The notes under the pieces are model-generated. The model saw only the letters and a program-made list of their open reading frames with translations, was not told the origin of the DNA and did no database searches. Positions 17,110-24,107 of a stretch of 32,219 nucleotides of DNA are shown here, in pieces. Source of the stretch: Bacteroidales bacterium UBA3389 (GTDB lineage Bacteria; Bacteroidota; Bacteroidia; Bacteroidales; P3); contig DEPP01000101.1 in assembly GCA_002358835.1 (NCBI GenBank), positions 6,271 to 38,489 of the forward strand, in the 5' to 3' direction. How positions within the stretch are numbered: the first letter of the stretch is position 1; each line of letters opens with the position of its first letter. The position numbers and the translations under genes are program-made.

Positions 17110-19260
17110 ATGAAAAAAATTACAGCACTATTCCTTATGGCGATATTCGCATTTTCGCCATTTGTAAAAGCAGATGAAGGTATGTGGTTGTTGATGTATA
17201 TCGACAAACAAACATACAAAGACATGAAGTCAAAGGGGTTGAAACTTACATCAAAACAAATCTATGACATAAATAAGTCTAGTTTGAAAGATGCGATAAT
17301 TCAATTCGGTAGAGGTTGCACGGGTGAGATTGTTTCAGACCAAGGTTTGATTCTAACCAATCACCACTGTGGTTATCCTCAAATTCAACAACACTCAACA
17401 GTGGAACACGACTATTTGTCAAACGGTTTCTGGGCTTATTCAAAAGAAGAAGAGTTACCAAATCCGGGATTGACAGCCAAATTCCTTGTCAGAATGGATG
17501 ATGTAAGCGATGAGGTGCTAAAAGGCGTTACTTCAAATATGAGCGAAAAAGAAAGATTGGATATTGTTCGCAAAAACTCAAAGAAAATCAAAGAAGCGGC
17601 AGAGCAAGGCAATCATTATACAGCCGAAGTTGCGACAATGTTTAACGGAAACCAATATTTCCTTTTCATTTATGAGGTTTTCGAAGATGTTCGTTTGGTT
17701 GGAGCACCGCCAAGTTCAATAGGTAAATTCGGTTCTGACACAGACAACTGGATGTGGCCAAGACACACGGGAGACTTTTCTGTTTTCAGAGTTTATGCAG
17801 ACAAGAATGGAAAACCAGCAAAGTACTCTAAAGATAATGTTCCGTTGAAACCAAGACATTATTTGCCAATCTCTTTGAAGGGTGTTAAGAATAATGATTT
17901 TGTTATGGTAATGGGATTTCCCGGAACAACAGACAGATTCCTTACATCTTATGGAGTAGAGCAAGCAATCGACGTTTACAACCCTTCAGTTGTTACAGCA
18001 AGAACCGCATTGCGTAATGTAATGTCGGCAGATATGGCTCAAGAACCAAGGGTTCGCATTCAATATGCAGCGAAGTTTGCAAGCCTTTCAAACTATTGGA
18101 AGTTCTATCAAGGTCAAACCAAGTGTTTGAAAAATCTTGATGTGAAAGGAAGCAAGAAGGCTTTGGAAAACAGATTTGAACAATGGGTTGCCGCCGATGC
18201 TTCAAGACAAAACGAATATGGAAACGTTATTAAGGATTTGTCAGATGGCTATGCAGCTACCAATGAGTTTGATTACTTGCGAGTTTATACTAATGAAGCA
18301 ATCTTAAGAGGTGCATCGGTGTTCTCTATTGCAAGACAACTAAAACCGCTTGAAGAAGAATTGCTTAAAAACGGCAAATCAGAAAAAGCAAGACAAATCG
18401 CTCTTAAATTGAAAGAAAGATTTGCAGAAATCTTTAAGGATTACAACATAATAACCGAAGAAAAGCTTTTTGCGGCAGGCTTAGACGTTTATTTCCGTAA
18501 CGTTCCTATCCTTCACCAAGACCCAGATTTTTTGGCGAATGCTTTTCGTAACGGATACGATTTTCAACAGATAGCAAGCGATATGTATAAGTGTTCTCAA
18601 TTGGTTGATTTGGAGAGCGTGAATAAATTATTGGATAATTTGGATGTAACACAGATTTCAAACGATCCGGCATACATATTGACAAATCAATTCATAAACA
18701 ACTTGAATTCAAAAATGTCTTCTGTTCGTTCGTTCAGAGAAAAACTTGATAGAGCAAATCGTTTGTTTGTAAAGGGAGTTATGGAAATGGATAACAAGAA
18801 ACACTTTGCGCCAAACGCAAACTTGACAATTCGTTACACATATGGACAAGTTAAAGACTATAAACCGATGGACGGAGTTACTTATAACTACATCACAACC
18901 TTAGATGGAGTTATGGCAAAAGAAGATAACTCATCATGGGAGTTCACAGTGCCATCTAAATTACGTCTTTTGTATGAAACCAAAGACTATGGCCAATATG
19001 CAGAAAATGGTTCTGTGCCTGTAGCCTTTATTTCCAACTTAGACATTACAGGAGGTAACTCAGGATCTCCAACAATCAATGCAAAAGGTGAGCTTGTCGG
19101 TATTGCCTTTGACGGAAACTGGGAAGCAATGAGTGGAAATATCGCATTCAACCCAGATTTACAAAGATGTATATCAGTAGATATTCGCTACGTTCTTTTC
19201 ATTATCGACAAGTACGCAGGAGCTACAAACTTGATAAAAGAAATGAAAATTGTCAAATAA
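17110..19260 (+). CDS. dpp7: S46-family dipeptidyl-peptidase (DPP7-type)
   Basis: The protein is 716 aa. A signal peptide is followed by the family hallmark DEGMWL. The catalytic His lies in TNHHCG and the catalytic Ser in GGNSGSP. FDGNWEAMSG has Gly at the position I recall as Arg in the Asp/Glu-specific DPP11. Confidence 0.88.
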   Translation: MKKITALFLMAIFAFSPFVKADEGMWLLMYIDKQTYKDMKSKGLKLTSKQIYDINKSSLKDAIIQFGRGCTGEIVSDQGLILTNHHCGYPQIQQHSTVEHDYLSNGFWAYSKEEELPNPGLTAKFLVRMDDVSDEVLKGVTSNMSEKERLDIVRKNSKKIKEAAEQGNHYTAEVATMFNGNQYFLFIYEVFEDVRLVGAPPSSIGKFGSDTDNWMWPRHTGDFSVFRVYADKNGKPAKYSKDNVPLKPRHYLPISLKGVKNNDFVMVMGFPGTTDRFLTSYGVEQAIDVYNPSVVTARTALRNVMSADMAQEPRVRIQYAAKFASLSNYWKFYQGQTKCLKNLDVKGSKKALENRFEQWVAADASRQNEYGNVIKDLSDGYAATNEFDYLRVYTNEAILRGASVFSIARQLKPLEEELLKNGKSEKARQIALKLKERFAEIFKDYNIITEEKLFAAGLDVYFRNVPILHQDPDFLANAFRNGYDFQQIASDMYKCSQLVDLESVNKLLDNLDVTQISNDPAYILTNQFINNLNSKMSSVRSFREKLDRANRLFVKGVMEMDNKKHFAPNANLTIRYTYGQVKDYKPMDGVTYNYITTLDGVMAKEDNSSWEFTVPSKLRLLYETKDYGQYAENGSVPVAFISNLDITGGNSGSPTINAKGELVGIAFDGNWEAMSGNIAFNPDLQRCISVDIRYVLFIIDKYAGATNLIKEMKIVK

Positions 19261-19280
19261 GACATTAAAATAACAAAACA

Positions 19281-19345
19281 AGTGTTTAAGGTATTGAGAC
19301 TTGATTATAAGAAAAAAGAATCAAAACCTTAAACACTCTTTTTTT
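19281..19345 (+). terminator. Rho-independent terminator after the S46 peptidase gene
   Basis: A perfect 12-bp stem pairs AGTGTTTAAGGT (19281-19292) with ACCTTAAACACT (19326-19337). An inner 6-bp helix pairs TTGATT with AATCAA. T7 follows at 19339-19345. Confidence 0.7.
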
Positions 19346-19361
19346 GACACAATAGAACCTT

Positions 19362-20894
19362 ATGCCGAATCAATTGAAAGCAGGTGCGATTCTGACCTAT
19401 GTAACGCTGTTTCTGAATAGTGCAATAGGCTTAATATACACTCCTTTTTTGACTCTGAAACTCGGACAAGCCGAATACGGATTGTATTCCTTAGTTGCAT
19501 CTGTCGTAGGCAGTCTTACGGTGCTTGATTTCGGCTTTGGCAATGCTTTGATTCGCTACACTGCAAAACTGAGAGCCGAAAAGAAAGATCAAAAGCTAAA
19601 AGAAATGTACGGAATGTTCTTTATAATATTCTGTGGCATTGCTTTGTTGGCTTTAATCATTGGATTGTTGGTTTATTTCAACACAGAGAACATCTTTTCT
19701 CAAAATATGACAGGCGAGGAATTGAGAAAGATGAAGATAATGCTTCTTTTGATGGTATTCAATCTCTGTTTTACATTTGTAATGAGCGTGTATCGCTCAA
19801 TCATAGTAGCCTATGAAAGATTTATATTCCAAAAAGTAATCAACCTTATAAGGATTGTGTTGAATCCTTTGGTGATGGTGATATTCCTACTCTTCGGATA
19901 TAAAGCCATAACCATGGTTGTGCTTCAGACAATCTTCAATGTGCTGACTCTTTTAGCCGATTACTATTATTGTAAACGCAAATTAAATATACAATTCGTT
20001 TTTGGAAAGTTTGATTCTGCCTTTTTGAAAGAAGTATCTCTCTATTCGTTTTGGATATTCCTCAATGCAATAATGGATAAAATCTATTGGAGTTTGGGAC
20101 AAGGCGTTTTGGGAGTTTATTGCGGTACAAAAATCGTTGCAATCTACGGAATAGCCATACAATTGCAACAAATGTACATGTCATTCTCGACAGCAATTTC
20201 CGGAGTCTTGCTTCCAAAAATAACTTCTATGGTTTCAGTCAGCGGAAACGAAAAAGCAGTGAGTGAACTCTTCATAAAAACAGGACGTTTGCAGTTTATA
20301 ATAATGTCTTTTGTGCTTTGCGGATTTACTTTGTTTGGAAGGCAATTCATAGAACTTTGGGTAGGAGAAAGCTATTCTCAAGCCTATGTTATATGTCTTT
20401 TATTCTTTTTCCCATTGCTTGTACCTCTTATTCAAAATGTCGGAATAACAATCCTGCAAGCAAAAAACAAGATGAAGTTTCGTTGTGTCAGCTATGTGAT
20501 AATTGCATTGATTTCATTCATAGCCTCATTGCCTTTGTCCAAACATTATGGTGCCGTCGGATGTGCTTCATCTACTGCCGGTGCATTGGTGTTGGGACAA
20601 GTTATAATAATGAATATATATTATGAAAAGCGTATCGGCTTGAACATAATCGGCTTTTGGAAAGAGATAATCAAGATGTCGATAGCACCGATTTTGATTT
20701 CAATCCTTTCTTATCAAGTCTTAGAATACATAATCATAGATTCATATTTCGATTTGATTGTTGCAATTGTTTTATTCACAGTGTTGTACTTGCCGATATT
20801 TTGGCTTGCTTCAATGAATCGATATGAGAAAGATTTGTTTGGAGGAATGCTTACAAAGATATTAAGAATCAAGAAAAATGCCCGTAACAGATAG
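19362..20894 (+). CDS. Polysaccharide/oligosaccharide flippase (Wzx-like, MOP superfamily)
   Basis: The protein is 510 aa and very hydrophobic, with multiple predicted TM segments. N-terminal motifs typical of Wzx/RfbX-type flippases are present (KAGAILTYVTLFLNSAIGLIYTPFL...LG..EYGLYSL). Confidence 0.7.
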   Translation: MPNQLKAGAILTYVTLFLNSAIGLIYTPFLTLKLGQAEYGLYSLVASVVGSLTVLDFGFGNALIRYTAKLRAEKKDQKLKEMYGMFFIIFCGIALLALIIGLLVYFNTENIFSQNMTGEELRKMKIMLLLMVFNLCFTFVMSVYRSIIVAYERFIFQKVINLIRIVLNPLVMVIFLLFGYKAITMVVLQTIFNVLTLLADYYYCKRKLNIQFVFGKFDSAFLKEVSLYSFWIFLNAIMDKIYWSLGQGVLGVYCGTKIVAIYGIAIQLQQMYMSFSTAISGVLLPKITSMVSVSGNEKAVSELFIKTGRLQFIIMSFVLCGFTLFGRQFIELWVGESYSQAYVICLLFFFPLLVPLIQNVGITILQAKNKMKFRCVSYVIIALISFIASLPLSKHYGAVGCASSTAGALVLGQVIIMNIYYEKRIGLNIIGFWKEIIKMSIAPILISILSYQVLEYIIIDSYFDLIVAIVLFTVLYLPIFWLASMNRYEKDLFGGMLTKILRIKKNARNR

Positions 20895-22059
20895 AGTAAC
20901 AAAACAACAATGCTGCGGTTGCAGTGCTTGTTCTGCTGTATGCCCTCAGCAATGTATTGAAATGAAAGAAGATGAACTTGGATTCTTGCACCCATTCATA
21001 GATTCAACTTCTTGTATCGGTTGTTCTTTGTGTGAGAAAACTTGTCCGTGTTTACAATCTGAAAAAGCAAGTGTAGAACCCGAACTACTCTTTGCTGCAA
21101 AGATAAAAGATAATTCAAAACTTACTCAATCAACATCTGGAGGCGTATTCACTTTTTTAGCAGAGAAGGTATTGAAAGAACAAGGTGTCGTGTGTGCTGC
21201 AAGATTTGACACTCCAACTCATCTGATACATGATTTCTGTACAAGGATAGAAGATTTAGATGCTTACAAAGGCTCGAAGTATCTTCAATCCGACATGAGA
21301 AATTGCTATTCGGAAACTAAGCGTTTGCTATCCGAAGGACGGAAAGTGCTTTTTGTAGGGACATCTTGCCAAATTATGGGTTTGAAACTATTTTTGAGAA
21401 AGCCATATTCCAATCTTATCGCAATGGAAATTGTTTGCCACGGAGTACCTTCGCCTTTTGTTTGGAGAAAATACCTAAGCGAATTATGCAATCGAAAACA
21501 TGTGGATATATCCCAAATAAATAGTATAGAGTTTCGAAATAAGGATAAATCGTGGCGAGAATATAGTTTGAAGATAGAAGCGAACGGCAAGGTGATTCAT
21601 CGAAAGAGTTTACGGAAAGACCCTTTTCTTAAAGCCTTTTTAAGAGACTTGATGCTAAGAGCAAGTTGTGATGATTGCCCTGCAAAAAACTTCAAGTCAA
21701 ATAGCGATATTATTGCAGGGGATTTTTGGGGCGTTGATAATTTTCATCAATCCATAGATGACGATAGGGGAGTCAGTTGTTTGATTTTGCAAAATGCAGA
21801 CCTCTTACCTTTGTTTGAAGATGCAGCGATTGAATTGACACCAACAAAATTAGAATATATTTTGCGAGGAAACCCTTCTGTGAAATTGTCTTCAAAGTCT
21901 AATCCCGATAGAGAGAAGTATTTGCAAGCTATATTGAAGAGCGATTTTATTAAAACCACAAAACCCTTTGTCAAAAACACATTCCGACAAAACTATAACT
22001 ACAATATGAATCGTTGTAAAAAGCTTGTGAAAAAGCTAATCGGCGTTTTGAAAAAATAA
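20878..22059 (+). CDS. FrhB-like (coenzyme F420 hydrogenase/dehydrogenase beta-subunit family) protein with an N-terminal 2x[4Fe-4S] ferredoxin domain
   Basis: The protein is 393 aa. It has two CxxCxxCxxxCP clusters (CCGCSACSAVCPQQC and CIGCSLCEKTCPC), followed by an FrhB-like body (GSKYLQSD, GTSCQI, CHGVPSP). It overlaps the flippase stop by 17 nt. Confidence 0.7.
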   Translation: MPVTDRVTKQQCCGCSACSAVCPQQCIEMKEDELGFLHPFIDSTSCIGCSLCEKTCPCLQSEKASVEPELLFAAKIKDNSKLTQSTSGGVFTFLAEKVLKEQGVVCAARFDTPTHLIHDFCTRIEDLDAYKGSKYLQSDMRNCYSETKRLLSEGRKVLFVGTSCQIMGLKLFLRKPYSNLIAMEIVCHGVPSPFVWRKYLSELCNRKHVDISQINSIEFRNKDKSWREYSLKIEANGKVIHRKSLRKDPFLKAFLRDLMLRASCDDCPAKNFKSNSDIIAGDFWGVDNFHQSIDDDRGVSCLILQNADLLPLFEDAAIELTPTKLEYILRGNPSVKLSSKSNPDREKYLQAILKSDFIKTTKPFVKNTFRQNYNYNMNRCKKLVKKLIGVLKK

Positions 22060-22200
22060 AACAAAGAAATAGTAAATTGTTTCTTGATTTGGGCGAAACG
22101 AATCTTGATTTCAGAAAATTAAAACAAAGAGTTAGTAAAACCGAATTGTTTGTTGATTCGGAGTGTCTTTTGATTGCCAAAAGTATTCTTTGTTGTGTTT
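22053..22200. repeat. Intergenic modular repeat, copy D (long form with the core inverted relative to copy A)
   Basis: AAAACAAAGAAATAG starts on the stop codon of the upstream gene. Two reversed type-2 units (AAATTGTTTCTTGATTT and AATCTTGATTTCAG) are followed by AAAACAAAGAGTTAG. Key bases at 22066, 22083, 22104 and 22129 keep the 21-bp register within each strand orientation. A further reversed unit-like stretch, AAGTATTCTTTGTTG, lies at 22181-22195. Confidence 0.75.
22137..22161 (-). terminator. Weak candidate terminator for the minus-strand yqaA-like operon
   Basis: CCGAAT (22141-22146) pairs with ATTCGG (22156-22161) as a 6-bp stem with a 9-nt loop. On the minus strand it is followed by TTTT (22137-22140). 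Confidence 0.3.
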
Positions 22201-22653
22201 TCAGAATATTGGGAAACGACCATCGAAATACTGCAAAAGGACTCCCACAACTGTGAATCTGGTGAATCGTCCCAAAGTCATGTAAAGACAACTCTTCAAA
22301 GGTGAAATCTTAAACCAGCCAAGCGTTATCGCAATCACGTCTCCCACAAAAGGCAACCATGCAAAGAATGCCGCTATCGCCTTATAACGATTAACAGTTT
22401 TTTGCATTCGGGTTATCTTTTCCTTACTAACTTTGAATAACTTCTCAATCCACTCGATTTTTCCCAACCATCCGAGTCCGAAAGAGGTCATTCCACCCAA
22501 GCTATTCCCTAATCCGGCAAGTAGAACGCAAGTCCAAACATTGTTACCCAAGGCAATATTCCCCAACAACAAAGCCTCACTTGGAAAAGGTAAAATAGTG
22601 GAGGCAAGAAAGCTGCCGATAAATAAACCTAACAGCCCAAGACTCTCAAGCAT
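22201..22653 (-). CDS. YqaA/DedA-like (VTT domain) small inner-membrane protein
   Basis: The protein is 150 aa with 4 TM segments. It has the LASTILPFPSEALLLG motif typical of YqaA-family proteins. Confidence 0.7.
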   Translation of the reverse strand: MLESLGLLGLFIGSFLASTILPFPSEALLLGNIALGNNVWTCVLLAGLGNSLGGMTSFGLGWLGKIEWIEKLFKVSKEKITRMQKTVNRYKAIAAFFAWLPFVGDVIAITLGWFKISPLKSCLYMTLGRFTRFTVVGVLLQYFDGRFPIF

Positions 22654-22656
22654 TCT

Positions 22657-23049
22657 TTATTTGTATCTTATGAATGTATAAGGTTGATTATTCTTATCAT
22701 AATATACCATCTTCGTTTCGTTGATTAGTTCGATGATATATCGTTTCGTAACAAGTTTGTCGTCAATAACGATGAGCGTATCTCCATCTACGGTGTATTT
22801 ACTTAAAACCGATACCGAATCACAAGCATTAAAATCTGTTAATATACGTTTTTGTATATCGGCATCGTATTTTGAAAACTCTATGTAAGAAAGTTTCTCG
22901 CACTCTTGTGCATTTTCATTCATAACTACCGATTCCTCTCTCCATTTTCCTTCAATCAAGTCGTTTTCTTCAATTTCTTCTTGACATGAAGCAAAGAATG
23001 AGATAATCAAAAGGCCTGATAATAAAGCCCAAAATTTGTTTCTATTCAT
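22657..23049 (-). CDS. Small lipoprotein, lipocalin-like
   Basis: I use the internal ATG at 23049, which gives MNRNKFWALLSGLLIISFFASCQEE with a clear lipobox, rather than the 174-aa track ORF. The GKW...beta-rich body resembles lipocalin-like lipoproteins. It overlaps the upstream gene stop by 8 nt (ATGAATAG). Confidence 0.55.
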   Translation of the reverse strand: MNRNKFWALLSGLLIISFFASCQEEIEENDLIEGKWREESVVMNENAQECEKLSYIEFSKYDADIQKRILTDFNACDSVSVLSKYTVDGDTLIVIDDKLVTKRYIIELINETKMVYYDKNNQPYTFIRYK

Positions 23050-23485
23050 TTTTATCTGATTTTTCGTTTGATTGATTCCTTTTTTGTTGTTCTTTTTCTG
23101 CTTCTTTTCGAGATAGTTTGTTGGTTGTAATTGTATCAAACACCAAAAAGAAGATGAATAACAAGAAATAAGTGATGGCAAATTTTGCGTTTGTCTCTAC
23201 GTTAAAAAGAAAGACGATTGCCAAAACTCCAAGATAGACAATGAATTTCATAACCTTTGTAATCAAAAACACATGTACGAAATTCATCTTTGCTTTGTTA
23301 GGTAGAAAATACAAAGCCAAATAAGACAATGCAGTCAAAGAGTAAAACATAAGTACATAATAAGGAATGTTTTCACTGAAAAACTCCTTTGGAAGTGCAA
23401 GTGCCGCAAATAAAAACAAAAAGCAGACACATATTGAAAAGATGCTTAGTTTCGAAAAGTAAGCTAAAACAGGGTTTTGTTGCAT
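23042..23485 (-). CDS. Small integral membrane protein (4 TM) with a charged C-terminal tail
   Basis: This is a 147-aa hydrophobic ORF packed 2 nt after the AtpZ-like gene. It occupies the position held by an uncharacterised membrane protein ahead of atpB in Bacteroidota atp operons. That positional point is my recollection. Confidence 0.55.
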   Translation of the reverse strand: MQQNPVLAYFSKLSIFSICVCFLFLFAALALPKEFFSENIPYYVLMFYSLTALSYLALYFLPNKAKMNFVHVFLITKVMKFIVYLGVLAIVFLFNVETNAKFAITYFLLFIFFLVFDTITTNKLSRKEAEKEQQKRNQSNEKSDKNE

Positions 23486-23487
23486 AT

Positions 23488-23679
23488 CTATTTCTTAATT
23501 AATTTTCTCAAAACAGAATACAAAGCAACAGCAATGGAAATCAAGCTGAAACTTACTGTAAACAAAGGTTTGAGATTTGTAAAATACGAATCCAATTTAT
23601 AGCCGACAAAGACTCCGACAAATATTACAACAAGCAATTCGAATGCTATTGCAGAGTATTTACCGTATTCTTTCATCAA
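23488..23679 (-). CDS. AtpZ/AtpI-family small membrane protein
   Basis: The protein is 63 aa with two TM helices. YGKYSAIAFELLVVIFVGVFVGYKLD resembles the ATPase_gene1 (AtpZ) family signature. Confidence 0.6.
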   Translation of the reverse strand: MMKEYGKYSAIAFELLVVIFVGVFVGYKLDSYFTNLKPLFTVSFSLISIAVALYSVLRKLIKK

Positions 23680-23683
23680 ATGA

Positions 23684-24061
23684 TTATTGTGCTATGTATT
23701 GTTCCTCGCTTTGTTCGATGTATGTATTGTTTTCGGTTCTTTCTTCTTCTCCCATTGAGCAATGACCGGAAAATCTTGCACCTGGTTCGATTGAAATCTG
23801 ACTTATAACCAAGTCTCCTTTGATTATAGATGTTTTCAACAAAGACAAAAGACCGCTCACTCTTATATTTCCATCGATTCTTCCTGCTAATTCGGCATTC
23901 TGACTTGCAACCGTTCCATTGATGTATCCATTCTCTCCCATGAAAAGTTTACCCTTCACGATGAGATTTCCATTGATTGTGCCATCTACTCTCATGTCTC
24001 CGTCAGAAACAACATCTCCTTTTATCGATGTTCCTTTGCTTATTACATTTATTTGTTCCAT
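23684..24061 (-). CDS. Bactofilin-family polymer-forming cytoskeletal protein
   Basis: The protein is 125 aa. It shows the repetitive beta-helix pattern (I.G.V.S.GD..V.G.I.G.L.V.G...G..G.I.G.V) characteristic of DUF583/bactofilin, with an acidic tail. Confidence 0.85.
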   Translation of the reverse strand: MEQINVISKGTSIKGDVVSDGDMRVDGTINGNLIVKGKLFMGENGYINGTVASQNAELAGRIDGNIRVSGLLSLLKTSIIKGDLVISQISIEPGARFSGHCSMGEEERTENNTYIEQSEEQYIAQ

Positions 24062-24107
24062 GTTATCTTAATTTGTTATTATGAAATTTATTTCTATACT
24101 CTTATTA

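Noticed and set aside
21971-22291. A 106-aa minus-strand ORF running from the yqaA-like 3' region through repeat copy D into the FrhB-like gene end
   Set aside because: It overlaps two supported genes and a repeat, and its sequence is low-complexity. It is best explained as a chance ORF.
22657-23181. The longer 174-aa version of the lipoprotein ORF
   Set aside because: The upstream 44 codons overlap the preceding membrane-protein gene and lack signal-peptide character. The internal ATG at 23049 gives a textbook lipoprotein signal peptide and an 8-nt coupling overlap.
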